From the NCBI GenBank assembly GCA_026387175.1, contig JAPLME010000005.1, forward strand, positions 1 through 61,647: DNA of 61,647 nt, given 5' to 3'. Made by a program: the position numbers and the translations under genes. This document shows positions 9,472 to 19,729 of this stretch, one piece after another (the stretch's first letter is position 1; each line of letters starts with the position of its first letter). The notes beneath the pieces were generated by a model. That model was not told where the DNA came from. It saw only the letters and a list, made by a program, of their open reading frames with translations, and made no database searches. This stretch comes from Candidatus Omnitrophota bacterium. GTDB taxonomy: Bacteria > Omnitrophota > Gorgyraeia > 2-01-FULL-45-10.

Positions 9472-10641
9472 ATGAAAAGAGTATATCTGGATAATAACGC
9501 TACTACCAGGATGCGTGAAGAGGTCCTGGAGGCGATGCTTCCGTTCTGCAAAGAGATCTACGGTAATGCCTCGAGCATCCACCAGTTCGGACGCGCGGCG
9601 CGCCTGGCGGTGGACAAGGCAAGAGGAGAGGTGGCAGTGCTTTTAGGCGCGTCGAGCCCGGAGGAGATCATATTTACCTCCGGCGGGACAGAATCGGATA
9701 ACTTTGCTATTAAGGGCGTCGCGCGCGCGTTACGTAATAAAGGCAATCATATAATAACGTCCTCGATCGAGCATAGCGCCGTGCTTAACGCTTCGAGAGC
9801 TTTAGAAAAAGACGGATGTAAAGTAACGTATTTACCTGTTGACGGACATGGGCTCGTCAATCCGGATGATGTAAAGAGAGCCATAACCGATAAGACGGTA
9901 CTCATCTCCATAATGTACGCCAATAATGAGGTCGGGACCATAGAACCGGTGAGCGAGATAGGCGCTATCGCGAAAGAGCGCGGGGTATATTTTCATACCG
10001 ACGCCGTCCAGGCTGTCAGCAAAGAGGCGTTCGAAGTGAAGAGTATGCCGGTCGACCTGCTCTCGATGTCGGCTCATAAGATCTACGGGCCAAAAGGCGT
10101 CGGAGCGATATATATAAGAAAAGGTACGAAGATAGAAGCTATAATGCACGGCGGCCACCATGAGATGAATAAGAGGGCGGGCACTGAGAATGTGCCCGGG
10201 ATCGTCGGACTTGGTAAGGCGGCGGAGCTTGCTAAAAAAGAGGTTCGAGAAGAGTCCGAAAGGCTGCGGGAGCTGAGAGATTATCTGTACAAAGGTATAA
10301 TAGCGCGGATACCGCATACAAGGCTTAACGGATATCCCGAAAAAAGATTGCCGAATACGGCGAATATCGGGTTTAAATATCTGGAGGGTGAATCGATAAT
10401 GTTAAACCTCGATATGGAGGGCGTAGCGGTCTCGACGGGCTCCGCATGCACATCAGGTACGCTCGAACCTTCCCATGTGCTGACCGCCATGGGCATCGAT
10501 CCGGCGGACGCGCAGGGGTCTATAAGATTTTCACTCGGCAGAGACAATACGAAAGAAGATATGGATTACGTTCTCGCGGTGCTGCCCCCGATCATACAGA
10601 GGCTGAGGGAGATGTCACCGCTATATGAGAAAGGAAAATGA
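9472..10641 (+). CDS. nifS: cysteine desulfurase (NifS/IscS class I)
   Basis: PLP-lysine SAHKIYGPKGVG and active-site loop GSACTSG. Confidence 0.9.
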   Translation: MKRVYLDNNATTRMREEVLEAMLPFCKEIYGNASSIHQFGRAARLAVDKARGEVAVLLGASSPEEIIFTSGGTESDNFAIKGVARALRNKGNHIITSSIEHSAVLNASRALEKDGCKVTYLPVDGHGLVNPDDVKRAITDKTVLISIMYANNEVGTIEPVSEIGAIAKERGVYFHTDAVQAVSKEAFEVKSMPVDLLSMSAHKIYGPKGVGAIYIRKGTKIEAIMHGGHHEMNKRAGTENVPGIVGLGKAAELAKKEVREESERLRELRDYLYKGIIARIPHTRLNGYPEKRLPNTANIGFKYLEGESIMLNLDMEGVAVSTGSACTSGTLEPSHVLTAMGIDPADAQGSIRFSLGRDNTKEDMDYVLAVLPPIIQRLREMSPLYEKGK

Positions 10642-10642
10642 T

Positions 10643-11068
10643 ATGGAAGGCCAATATTCGGAAAAAGTGATGGAACATTTCAGAAATCCCCGCAACGTGG
10701 GCGAGATAGCGGATGCCGACGGTATCGGCAATGTGGGAAATCCTGTTTGTGGAGACATAATGAGGCTTTATATAAAAGTCGACCCGATTAATGAAGTTAT
10801 CACCGATGCCAAGTTCAAGACATTCGGATGCGGCGCCGCGATAGCCACATCCAGCATGGTTACGGAACTTGTGAAAGGAAAGACCATCCAGGAGGCCCTT
10901 AAAGTATCGAACCATGCGGTAGCGGAGGCCCTGGGAGGGCTGCCGAAGATAAAGATGCATTGCTCCGTTCTGGCCGAGCAGGCGCTTACGGGGGCCATAA
11001 ACGATTATCTTAAGAAACATGGCAAGCCCATGATAGAGAAGAAATTTAAGAGCGAGCATGAAGCATAA
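10643..11068 (+). CDS. nifU: Fe-S cluster scaffold (NifU N-terminal/IscU type)
   Basis: Three scaffold cysteines (NPVCGD, FGCGAAIA, HCSVLA). Start moved to the ATG at 10643 behind AAGGAAA; the track start at 10625 overlaps nifS. Confidence 0.85.
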   Translation: MEGQYSEKVMEHFRNPRNVGEIADADGIGNVGNPVCGDIMRLYIKVDPINEVITDAKFKTFGCGAAIATSSMVTELVKGKTIQEALKVSNHAVAEALGGLPKIKMHCSVLAEQALTGAINDYLKKHGKPMIEKKFKSEHEA

Positions 11069-11606
11069 AATACGGCGCCATATTATAGAAAAACTAAAGT
11101 CTCATTCGGCACTTGAAAAATCGAAAAAAAGTGCTATAATAAAAGATAAGTTATTTAATGAGAAGGAGTTCAAAAAAGCAAAGCTGGTGATGTTTTACGT
11201 CTCGTTGAAGGATGAAGTGGATACACTTTCCATGATAGATGAGGCGGTAAAGATGGGAAAGAGAGTCTGCGTACCTGTGATACTGAAAGAAGAAAAACGC
11301 TTAATTGCAGGCGAAATTAAGGATAGGGAAAAAGATTTGGAAAGACAGCACTTTGGAATCTACCAACCGATCGTTGGACACGTCAGAGAGGTTCCTTTAG
11401 AAGATATAGATTTGGTCGTGGTGCCGGGCATAGCATTTGACAAAAATAATGTCAGGCTGGGCCGCGGGCACGGTTATTACGACCGATTTCTGTGCGGCCT
11501 TCCCAAAGAGACCAGGACCATAGGCATCGCCTTCGACTTTCAGGTCCTGGAGTACCTACCCAAAGACTCTCACGACGTTCCCGTCTGGAAAACAATCACA
11601 GCATAA
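11058..11606 (+). CDS. 5-formyltetrahydrofolate cyclo-ligase
   Basis: PGIAFD...RLGRGHGYYDRFL C-terminal signature. Confidence 0.8.
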   Translation: MKHKIRRHIIEKLKSHSALEKSKKSAIIKDKLFNEKEFKKAKLVMFYVSLKDEVDTLSMIDEAVKMGKRVCVPVILKEEKRLIAGEIKDREKDLERQHFGIYQPIVGHVREVPLEDIDLVVVPGIAFDKNNVRLGRGHGYYDRFLCGLPKETRTIGIAFDFQVLEYLPKDSHDVPVWKTITA

Positions 11607-11711
11607 CACCGTAAAAGAGCGGAAAGCGCGTTAAGGGTGTGAAAGAAATATTCATGCCCGGTATACGCGTCTTTGTGCCTTTGGCGGTTTCTACATAGGG
11701 AGGTAACAGCC

Positions 11712-13286
11712 ATGCAGCATCAAGAGGCAACTATAATCTACATAGGCCTTGCGGGAATCTCCGGGGCAGTCTTTTTCGGACTGGGCTATTTTATCCGCAA
11801 GTTTTACGCGAAGGGCAAAATTAAACACGCCGAGGACAGGGCGAAGAGAATGATGGAGGAGGCGAAGGCCGAGGCCGGCAAGTTAAAGCACGAGGCCGAG
11901 CTTCAGGCTAAGGACGTTCTTCTCAGGCTCAGGACGGAATTTGAGAAGGAGACCAAAGATCGCAGGCAGGAGCTGATCATATTAGAGAAGAGGCTCATCC
12001 AGAAAGAGGAGAACCTGGACCGCAAGGTCGACATACTCGATCGCAAGGATAAGGATAACGAAAGAAGGGAACATTCTTTAGTCGAAAAAGAGAAGCTGCT
12101 CGCCTCGAAAGATAAAGAGATGGAGAGGTTGCTGCAGGAAGAGAAAGAGAAGCTTCAGAACATATCGGGCATGACCAGGGAAGAGGCAAGGCAGCTGCTG
12201 CTGAAGAAGCTTGAAGATGATGTGAAGCAGGAGGCTGCCATATTCATAAAGAAGAGCGAGGAAGAGGCCAAGGAGAAAGCGGATAAGGAGGCCAGGAAGA
12301 TCATCGGGCTCGCCATACAGCGCTGTGCGGCGGATCATACGGTAGAGACGACGGTCAGTGTGGTGCATCTGCCAAGCGATGAGATGAAGGGCAGGATCAT
12401 AGGCCGCGAGGGGCGCAATATCCGCGCGCTTGAGATAGCGACCGGCATCGATGTCATCATAGACGATACGCCAGAGGCTGTTATATTATCCGGGTTCGAT
12501 CCGATAAAACGCGAGATAGCGAAACTTTCGCTCGAACGCCTTCTGCAGGACGGGCGCATTCATCCTGGCAGGATCGAAGAGATAGTCGAAAAGGTCAAGA
12601 AAGAGATGGAGAACACGATGCGCGAGGAGGGCGAGAAGGCGCTCTTCGACACAGGACTGCACGGCGTCCATCCGGAGATAATAAAACTGCTTGGCCGCCT
12701 TAAATACAGGACCAGCTATGGCCAGAATGTATTACAGCATTCCAAAGAGGTTGCGCATCTTATGGGCGTAATGGCGAGCGAATTGAAACTGGACTTCACG
12801 CTGGCGAAGCGGATCGGGTTATTGCACGATATAGGAAAAGCCATAAGCCATGAGGTCGAGGGCACACACTCAAAGCTCGGGGCTGATCTCGCGCGAAAGT
12901 ACGGAGAGTCGGAAAATATCTGCCATGCGATCGAGGCCCATCATCAGGATATCGAGCCAAAGACGCTTCTGGCGGTGCTTGTGCAGGCAGCCGACGCGAT
13001 AAGCGCGACGAGGCCGGGCGCCCGCAGGGAGACGCTGGAGACTTACGTCAAGAGGCTCGAGAAGCTGGAGGCGATCGCGGATTCGTTTAAGGGAGTCGCC
13101 AAGGCATATGCCATACAGGCCGGGCGCGAGATACGGGTAATGGTCCAGCCCGATAAGATAACGGATGCACAGGCGGCAGTCATGGCGCGCGATATCACTA
13201 AGAAGATCGAAGAGGGCCTCGAATACCCGGGGCAGATCAAGGTGACGGTGGTGCGCGAGACCCGGGCAGTCGAGTACGCGAAATAG
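11712..13286 (+). CDS. rny: ribonuclease Y
   Basis: N-terminal TM helix, K/E coiled coil, KH motif [17 protein letters not shown] motif LLHDIGK. The ATG at 11712 follows GGGAGG; the track start at 11673 is a TTG extension. Confidence 0.9.
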   Translation: MQHQEATIIYIGLAGISGAVFFGLGYFIRKFYAKGKIKHAEDRAKRMMEEAKAEAGKLKHEAELQAKDVLLRLRTEFEKETKDRRQELIILEKRLIQKEENLDRKVDILDRKDKDNERREHSLVEKEKLLASKDKEMERLLQEEKEKLQNISGMTREEARQLLLKKLEDDVKQEAAIFIKKSEEEAKEKADKEARKIIGLAIQRCAADHTVETTVSVVHLPSDEMKGRIIGREGRNIRALEIATGIDVIIDDTPEAVILSGFDPIKREIAKLSLERLLQDGRIHPGRIEEIVEKVKKEMENTMREEGEKALFDTGLHGVHPEIIKLLGRLKYRTSYGQNVLQHSKEVAHLMGVMASELKLDFTLAKRIGLLHDIGKAISHEVEGTHSKLGADLARKYGESENICHAIEAHHQDIEPKTLLAVLVQAADAISATRPGARRETLETYVKRLEKLEAIADSFKGVAKAYAIQAGREIRVMVQPDKITDAQAAVMARDITKKIEEGLEYPGQIKVTVVRETRAVEYAK

Positions 13287-13296
13287 AGGAGACATA

Positions 13297-14082
13297 ATGA
13301 ATATACTTTTCATCGGCGATATAGTCGGCTCGCCCGGCAGGCGCGCCGTCGAGGAGCTGGTCCCAAAGATCAGGAAGCGTGAAAGCATAGATTTCGTAAT
13401 AGCGAACGGCGAGAATATGGCCGCCGGCAGCGGGGTGACGCCCGCCCTGGCCGATGAGTTATTCGGTTACGGTGTCGATGTCATAACCTCAGGCGATCAC
13501 ATCTGGAAACGAAAAGAGATGGTGGATGAGCTGGGATCCGATAAGAGGATCCTCCGTCCGGCGAATTATCCGGCGGGCGCGCCGGGGTTCGGTTACGGCG
13601 TTTTCGAGTCAGGCTCAGGCCCGGAGATCGGGGTTATTAACCTGGTCGGGCGCGTCTTTATGGCCGCCGTGGAATGCCCGTTCAGGACGGCTAAAGAGAT
13701 AATAGGCAAGATCAAAGACAGGGCCAGGATAATAATAATCGACATGCATGCCGAAGCGACCAGCGAGAAGATAGCCCTCGGCTACTATCTGGACGGTGAG
13801 GCGAGCGCGGTCCTGGGCACCCACACACATGTCCAGACGGCCGACGAGAAGATACTTTCAGGCGGGACCGCTTTCATTTCCGACGTGGGGATGACGGGGC
13901 CGTTCGATGGCGTCATAGGCCGCAAGAGAGAACAGATTATCAGGCGTTTCCTCACACAATTACCCACAAAGTTCGAGATGGCCGAGGGCGATATACAGCT
14001 CCACGGCGTTATTCTTGATATAGACGATAAGACCGGCAAGGCGAGTTCGATAAAGCGGGTTCAGGAAAAGCTAGCAACCTAA
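13297..14082 (+). CDS. ymdB: YmdB-family metallophosphoesterase (TIGR00282)
   Basis: MNILFIGDIVGSPGR N-terminus, GENMAAG and DMHAEATSEK motifs; conserved rny-ymdB pairing. Confidence 0.85.
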   Translation: MNILFIGDIVGSPGRRAVEELVPKIRKRESIDFVIANGENMAAGSGVTPALADELFGYGVDVITSGDHIWKRKEMVDELGSDKRILRPANYPAGAPGFGYGVFESGSGPEIGVINLVGRVFMAAVECPFRTAKEIIGKIKDRARIIIIDMHAEATSEKIALGYYLDGEASAVLGTHTHVQTADEKILSGGTAFISDVGMTGPFDGVIGRKREQIIRRFLTQLPTKFEMAEGDIQLHGVILDIDDKTGKASSIKRVQEKLAT

Positions 14083-14086
14083 CGCT

Positions 14087-14206
14087 GGGGCCATCCTGCA
14101 AGGGGACACCCCGCGGGATTCTGGCTTATAGGGTGTCCCCTTGCAGGATGGCCCCGTTAGCGGTGGATGGATGGCCCCGTTAGCGGTGGATGGCCCCGTT
14201 AGCGGT
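14087..14206. repeat. REP-family locus: perfect 25-nt inverted pair plus three tandem 19-nt edge duplications
   Basis: GGGGCCATCCTGCAAGGGGACACCC (14087-14111) and its exact reverse complement (14131-14155). Then GGATGGCCCCGTTAGCGGT at 14146-14164, 14169-14187 and 14188-14206. Confidence 0.9.
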
Positions 14207-14225
14207 GAAGAGACATTGGGACGAG

Positions 14226-15449
14226 ATGATGAACGAGACTAAAGAGAAGCAGATATACTCGGTAACGGAACTCACGAAATATATACGGCAGATAATCGAG
14301 AACTCTTTCCCGGCGGTCTGGGTCGAGGGCGAAATATCGAATTTTCTGCGGCATTCATCCGGCCATATGTACTTCAGTCTGAAGGATGCGGGCTCGGTAG
14401 TGCAGTGCGCGATGTTCAAGCGGTCGAATGAGAGGCTCAAATTTAATCTGAAAGACGGGATGAAGGTCATCTGCTTCGGAAAGATCAGCGTCTATGAGCC
14501 GCGCGGCAGTTATCAGTTGATAGTGGAGGAGATAGAGCCGAAGGGCATCGGCGCGCTGCAGCTGCAGTTCCAGCAGTTGAAGGATAAGCTTTATAAAGAA
14601 GGACTGTTCGACCAAGCGCATAAAGTACCCATCCCTCATCTGCCGACAAGGATCGGCATCGTCACAAGTCCCACAGGCGCCGCGATACGCGATATATTGA
14701 ATATAGCTTTGCGGAGATTCTCAAACGTCGAGATAATAATCTATCCTGTCAGGGTGCAGGGAGAGTCAGCTAAGGACGAGATCGCCGCGGCAATAATAGA
14801 TTTTAACAGACTAAATAACATCGATGTGATGATCGTGGGCCGGGGCGGCGGATCGCTGGAGGACCTCTGGGCCTTTAATGAAGAAGTTGTGGCGCGGGCC
14901 ATATACGATTCCGAGATCCCCGTGATAAGCGCCGTGGGCCATGAGATAGATTACACGATCGCGGATTTCGTAGCCGACCTGCGGGCGCCGACACCGTCGG
15001 CCGCGGCGGAACTCGTCATCCCGAAAAAAGAGGACCTCGTAAACAGCGTTAAAATTAATATAGAGAGGCTTGGAAACGCGCTTGCGAATATACTCGATAC
15101 GATGGCTCAAAAACTTGCCCGGCTTAAGGGAAGTTACGCGCTCACGCAGCCGCTTAAGATGGTCGAGCAATATGAGCAGATGATAGACGACCTGCGCAAG
15201 GATATGGCGATCCGCGTCAGCCATTTAGTAAAGCTGCGAGGGGAGAATTTCAATTTACTTGCGCAGAAACTGGAGGTCTTAAGCCCATTGGCCATATTAA
15301 ATCGCGGGTACAGCATATCATCGCGCCTCCCCGGAAGGAAGATCATAAAAAACGCGGGCGATGTCAATATAGGGGATAAGGTCGAAACCAGGCTGGGCAA
15401 AGGCACGTTTATAAGTAAAATCGAGGAGATAAACAGATATGGCAACTGA
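14226..15449 (+). CDS. xseA: exodeoxyribonuclease VII large subunit
   Basis: OB-fold N-terminus (YSVTELTKYIRQ..., HMYFSLKD), a catalytic core and a coiled-coil tail. Start placed at ATG 14226 because the track start at 14190 is made of repeat sequence. Confidence 0.85.
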   Translation: MMNETKEKQIYSVTELTKYIRQIIENSFPAVWVEGEISNFLRHSSGHMYFSLKDAGSVVQCAMFKRSNERLKFNLKDGMKVICFGKISVYEPRGSYQLIVEEIEPKGIGALQLQFQQLKDKLYKEGLFDQAHKVPIPHLPTRIGIVTSPTGAAIRDILNIALRRFSNVEIIIYPVRVQGESAKDEIAAAIIDFNRLNNIDVMIVGRGGGSLEDLWAFNEEVVARAIYDSEIPVISAVGHEIDYTIADFVADLRAPTPSAAAELVIPKKEDLVNSVKINIERLGNALANILDTMAQKLARLKGSYALTQPLKMVEQYEQMIDDLRKDMAIRVSHLVKLRGENFNLLAQKLEVLSPLAILNRGYSISSRLPGRKIIKNAGDVNIGDKVETRLGKGTFISKIEEINRYGN

Positions 15450-15741
15450 GATGAAATTTGAGGAGGCGTTAAAGAGGCTGGAAAGAATAGTGCAGGAGCT
15501 GGAGGACGGGGACCTTCCGCTCGACGAAGCTTGCGAGAAATACGAGGAAGGGATACGGTTGTCGAGGATCTGCGCTAAAAAATTAGAGACGGCTAAAAAG
15601 AAGGTCGAGATATTACTGAAAAATAAGGACGGTTCGGTAGAGCTTAAAGAGTTCGATGAACGCGAGGCCCAAGAAGAAAAATCGCAAGCCCCCGGCAAGA
15701 AGAAGAAATCGAAGTCAGGCTCGGAAGAAGAGCTTTTATAA
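15439..15741 (+). CDS. xseB: exodeoxyribonuclease VII small subunit with K/E-rich tail
   Basis: FEEALKRLERIVQELEDGDLPLDEA signature; overlaps the xseA stop. Confidence 0.85.
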   Translation: MATEMKFEEALKRLERIVQELEDGDLPLDEACEKYEEGIRLSRICAKKLETAKKKVEILLKNKDGSVELKEFDEREAQEEKSQAPGKKKKSKSGSEEELL

Positions 15742-15748
15742 AATTATA

Positions 15749-16594
15749 ATGATGAACCTCGAAACTTATCTGAAACAGTCAAAGAACCTGATCGATAAAG
15801 CGCTCGATAAATACCTGCCTTCCGCCAAATGCGAGCCCAGGATCATTCACAGGGCGATGAGATACAGTGTGTTCTCCGGCGGCAAGCGTATCCGGCCGAT
15901 AATCGTGCTGGAAGCGTGCAAGACATGCGCGCCCCGGGCCCGGAACCTCCGGCGGGACTGTTTAAACGAAGCGCTTGTGATCGGATGCGCCGTGGAGATG
16001 GCGCACACCTATTCGTTAATCCATGACGATCTGCCGTCGATGGACGACGATGACCGCAGGCGAGGGCTCCCGACAAGCCACAAAGTATTCGGCGAGGCAA
16101 ACGCGATACTTGCCGGTGACGCGCTCCTGACGCTGGCGTTCAATATTCTTTCGAAACATCTGAGTCCGGAGACGAGCGTCAAAGCCGTAAGAGAGCTGTC
16201 CGAGGCCATCGGCACTTCCGGCATGGTCGGCGGCCAGGTGATCGACATGGCCTATAAAGGAAAAACCGTAAGCGCCGCAGCGCGGAGGCGTATAAATAAA
16301 CTGAAGACCGCCAGGTTATTTGAGGCATCCGCCAGGCTGGGCGCCATAGCGGGCCGTGTACCGGATAAAAAAGTCAAAGCCATGGCTCTTTTCGGAGAGT
16401 TGGCAGGCACGGCATTCCAGATCGTAGACGACATCATGGACGACGAAGATTCTCTTAAATTGTCCGGTAAGCATGACGCCGCTTCCCGCGCGGCGGATGT
16501 CACGGGTAAGGCGAAGAACGCTTTGAAGATATTCGGTAATAATGCGGTCAGGCTTCAGGAGATAGCGGATTCTATGCTTAAGAGGCGGCTTTAA
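15749..16594 (+). CDS. ispA: (2E,6E)-farnesyl/geranylgeranyl diphosphate synthase
   Basis: FARM LIHDDLPSMDDDDRRRG and SARM QIVDDIMD. Start at ATG 15749; the track start at 15656 overlaps xseB in a K/R-rich alternative frame. Confidence 0.85.
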   Translation: MMNLETYLKQSKNLIDKALDKYLPSAKCEPRIIHRAMRYSVFSGGKRIRPIIVLEACKTCAPRARNLRRDCLNEALVIGCAVEMAHTYSLIHDDLPSMDDDDRRRGLPTSHKVFGEANAILAGDALLTLAFNILSKHLSPETSVKAVRELSEAIGTSGMVGGQVIDMAYKGKTVSAAARRRINKLKTARLFEASARLGAIAGRVPDKKVKAMALFGELAGTAFQIVDDIMDDEDSLKLSGKHDAASRAADVTGKAKNALKIFGNNAVRLQEIADSMLKRRL

Positions 16595-16595
16595 T

Positions 16596-18464
16596 ATGGG
16601 AAGATTGCTGGAAAACATAAAAGGGCCCGGTGACCTGCGTAAATTAAATCTCGCCGAGCTTATGTACCTCGCCAAGGAAATAAGAGCCGTTATTTTAGAG
16701 ACGGTCTCAAAGACCGGCGGACATCTTGCCTCGAGCCTGGGGGCGGTCGAACTTACGATAGCGGCGCACTACGTTTTCGATACGCCCAATGATAAGATCG
16801 TATGGGATGTCGGACACCAGACTTACGCGCACAAGCTTATCACCGGAAGATTTGATAAATTCTCAGGGTTGCGGCAGATGGGGGGCTTAAGCGGTTTTCC
16901 GAATAAAGACGAGAGCCCGGAGCATGATATATTTACCTGCGGCCATGCCTCCACGTCTATATCGACCGCGCTCGGCCTCGTAACGGCGCGTGATCTCGAG
17001 GGGTCTAGCAATAAGGTGATCGCCGTCATAGGAGACGCGTCGCTGGCAGGCGGCATGGCATTCGAGGCGCTTAATCACGTCGGGCACACTCAGAAGGATA
17101 TGATAGTCATTCTTAACGATAATGAGCGCTCGATCTCGCAAAGCGTGGGGGCGCTAAGTAAATATTTAAACAGGATCATAACGGCTCCCGCGTACAACAA
17201 GATAAGAATAGATGTCGAGAAGCTCCTTAAGCGCATACCTCGTTTCGGATTCAGGGCGTACCGCGCCGCCAGAAAGCTGGAAGAGGGCCTGAAGAACCTG
17301 CTCATCCCCGGCATGCTATTCGAAGAGATGGGGTTCAGGTATTTCGGTCCGATAGACGGCCATGATCTATCACTGCTCATCCGGACGCTGAAGAGCCTGA
17401 AAGACCTGAAGGAGCCATTACTGATACATCTGGTGACGAAGAAGGGCAAGGGCTATAAATTCGCCGAAGAGCGCCCCGCGTCTTTCCACGGCACAGGAGC
17501 GTTCGATATCGCGACCGGCGAGAAACTGGCGGTGAATGGCCCCGATACCTTCACCGACGCGTTCTCGGATAAAATATCGGAACTCGGCGGAAAAGATTTA
17601 AAAATAGTCGGCGTCACCGCCGCTATGTTAGACGGCACCGGTTTTAATAAGTATTCCCGGGACTATCCCGGCCGCTTCTTCGATGTGGGCATAGCGGAGG
17701 AGCACGCGGTGGGTTTTAGCGCAGGCCTTGCCCGCGGCGGGTTTAAACCGGTCGTCGCGGTATATTCTACATTTTTACAGAGGGGATACGACCAGATAAT
17801 ACACGACATCTGTCTGCAGGACCTGCCTGTCACCTTCTGTCTCGACAGGGCCGGGCTCGCAGGAGAGGACGGGCCGACACATCACGGCGTATTTGACATA
17901 GCCTATTTAAGGCATATACCGAACCTTACGTTCATGGCTCCGGCGACGCCGGCAGAACTGAAAGCCATGCTCGAGTTCGCGGTTTCCCTGGATGCGCCCG
18001 CGGCGATCCGCTATCCGAAGGGCGGCAGCCGTCTCGATAGGGCGCCGTCCCTTCCGATCGAGCGGGGAAGGGCGGAGATCCTGAAGGATGGCAGGGATAT
18101 CGTGATAATTTCAATAGGCGTCATGGCGGAGACCGCGCTTGAAATAGCGCAGATCCTCGCTAAAAACAAGATAAACGCGATGGTGATAAACAGCAGATTT
18201 ATCAAGCCGCTAGATGAGAGGCTATTAACAGACGTATTTAATAGAATAAAAAAAGCGGTCACCATAGAAGACGGCGTGCTTGACGGCGGATTCGGCTCCG
18301 CAGTGCTGGAATTCATAGAGCGCGATCATATAAACGGCGTTAAACTCAAAAGATTCGGCCTGCCGGACAAATTTATCGAACACGGCAAAAGAAGCGAGCT
18401 ATTTGCAAAGTATAACTTGACACCTGACGCTATTTGCGATGTAATTATAAAAGAGGTAATGTAG
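16596..18464 (+). CDS. dxs: 1-deoxy-D-xylulose-5-phosphate synthase
   Basis: GHQTYAHKLITGR, GDASLAGGMAFEALN and DGPTHHG motifs; conserved xseB-ispA-dxs order. Confidence 0.92.
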   Translation: MGRLLENIKGPGDLRKLNLAELMYLAKEIRAVILETVSKTGGHLASSLGAVELTIAAHYVFDTPNDKIVWDVGHQTYAHKLITGRFDKFSGLRQMGGLSGFPNKDESPEHDIFTCGHASTSISTALGLVTARDLEGSSNKVIAVIGDASLAGGMAFEALNHVGHTQKDMIVILNDNERSISQSVGALSKYLNRIITAPAYNKIRIDVEKLLKRIPRFGFRAYRAARKLEEGLKNLLIPGMLFEEMGFRYFGPIDGHDLSLLIRTLKSLKDLKEPLLIHLVTKKGKGYKFAEERPASFHGTGAFDIATGEKLAVNGPDTFTDAFSDKISELGGKDLKIVGVTAAMLDGTGFNKYSRDYPGRFFDVGIAEEHAVGFSAGLARGGFKPVVAVYSTFLQRGYDQIIHDICLQDLPVTFCLDRAGLAGEDGPTHHGVFDIAYLRHIPNLTFMAPATPAELKAMLEFAVSLDAPAAIRYPKGGSRLDRAPSLPIERGRAEILKDGRDIVIISIGVMAETALEIAQILAKNKINAMVINSRFIKPLDERLLTDVFNRIKKAVTIEDGVLDGGFGSAVLEFIERDHINGVKLKRFGLPDKFIEHGKRSELFAKYNLTPDAICDVIIKEVM

Positions 18465-18469
18465 ATTTT

Positions 18470-18670
18470 ATGGCCAAAATAAAGATAAATAGAGCGAAAT
18501 GCAAGGGGTGCTACCTCTGCGTGGTCAATTGCCCGAATAACCTGATAAAGATAGGGAAAGAGCTCAATATCAAAGGTGTGAAGGCGGTATATTTCTCCGG
18601 AGGTAAATGCACCGGATGCGGCATGTGCGCCGTCATCTGTCCGGATGGGGGCATAGAGGTTTATAAATAG
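18470..18670 (+). CDS. 2x[4Fe-4S] ferredoxin, delta subunit of 2-oxoacid:ferredoxin oxidoreductase
   Basis: CKGCYLCVVNCP and CTGCGMCAVICP motifs. ATG at 18470; the track start at 18434 is a TTG inside dxs. Confidence 0.8.
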   Translation: MAKIKINRAKCKGCYLCVVNCPNNLIKIGKELNIKGVKAVYFSGGKCTGCGMCAVICPDGGIEVYK

Positions 18671-18672
18671 AT

Positions 18673-19725
18673 ATGAGTAAAAATAAAGTGCTGATGTGCG
18701 GGAACGAAGCTTGCGGAGAGGGCGCGGTCATTGCCGGATGCAAATTCTATGCGGGATACCCCATAACGCCGCAAAATGAACTCATAAGTTATATGGCAAA
18801 ACGGCTGAACGAGACTGGCGGAGCGTTTGTTCAGGCGGAGAGCGAGCTTGCCGCGATAAGCATGGTATTCGGCGCAAGCGCCGCGGGAGAGCGGGCGATG
18901 ACGTCTTCGTCGAGCCCCGGGATCAGCCTGAAACAGGAAGGGATCTCGTATCTGGCGGCATGTGAGCTCCCATGCGTTATAGTGAATATGCAGAGAGGGG
19001 GGCCCGGTCTCGGCAATATCGCTCCGTCCCAAGGAGATTATTTTCAGTCGGTGAAAGGCGGCGGCCACGGAGATTATAAACTGATAGTGCTCGCGCCAAT
19101 GTCCGTCCAGGAGCTTCTGGACCTGACATTTCTTGCTTTCGATCTTGCTGATAAATACAGAAATCCTGCGCTTATACTTGGCGACGGCCTTTTAGGGCAA
19201 ATGATGGAGCCCCTTACCATACCATCGGATATGCAGCCGAAACATTATGATAAGCCGTGGGCGCTTACGGGATGCAGGGACAGGGCGCCCCGCATAATAA
19301 GATCTCTTTTACTTGGGGAAGGCGCCTTGGAAGAACATAACAGGCATATGCAGGAAAAATTCAGGACCATCAAGGAAACGGAAACGCGCAGCCAGAGCTT
19401 TCATACCAAAGATGCCGATATCATACTTGTCGCTTATGGCTCTGTGGCTAGGATAGCCAAGGCGGCGATGGAGGCCGCCCGCGCTAAAGGCTTAAAGGTG
19501 GGTTTGATAAGACCGATAACGCTTTGGCCGTTTCCGGATAAGACAATAGAAGACTCATGCGCGGCAACAAAGAAATTTCTTGTGGTAGAGATGAGCGCGG
19601 GCCAGATGGTCGAGGATGTGAGGCTTGCCGTTAACGGCAAGGCCAAAGTTGAATTTTACGGCAGGATGGGCGGCGGCATACCCTGCGAAGAAGAGATATT
19701 GGAGCGCGTAGAGGCGCTATTGTGA
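18673..19725 (+). CDS. 2-oxoacid:ferredoxin oxidoreductase alpha subunit
   Basis: Size and N-terminal GNEACGEGAVIAGCKFYAGYPITPQNE block typical of KorA/PorA/VorB. Confidence 0.85.
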   Translation: MSKNKVLMCGNEACGEGAVIAGCKFYAGYPITPQNELISYMAKRLNETGGAFVQAESELAAISMVFGASAAGERAMTSSSSPGISLKQEGISYLAACELPCVIVNMQRGGPGLGNIAPSQGDYFQSVKGGGHGDYKLIVLAPMSVQELLDLTFLAFDLADKYRNPALILGDGLLGQMMEPLTIPSDMQPKHYDKPWALTGCRDRAPRIIRSLLLGEGALEEHNRHMQEKFRTIKETETRSQSFHTKDADIILVAYGSVARIAKAAMEAARAKGLKVGLIRPITLWPFPDKTIEDSCAATKKFLVVEMSAGQMVEDVRLAVNGKAKVEFYGRMGGGIPCEEEILERVEALL

Positions 19726-19729
19726 GCTT

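Noticed and set aside
11673-11711. TTG-initiated 13-codon extension of rny
   Set aside because: The ATG at 11712 has a GGGAGG RBS and begins directly with the expected N-terminal TM helix.
15656-15748. N-terminal K/R-rich extension of ispA (MNARPKKKNRKPPARRRNRSQARKK...)
   Set aside because: It is the +1 frame of the K/E-rich tail of xseB. Conserved IspA sequence begins at the ATG ATG at 15749, just after the xseB stop.
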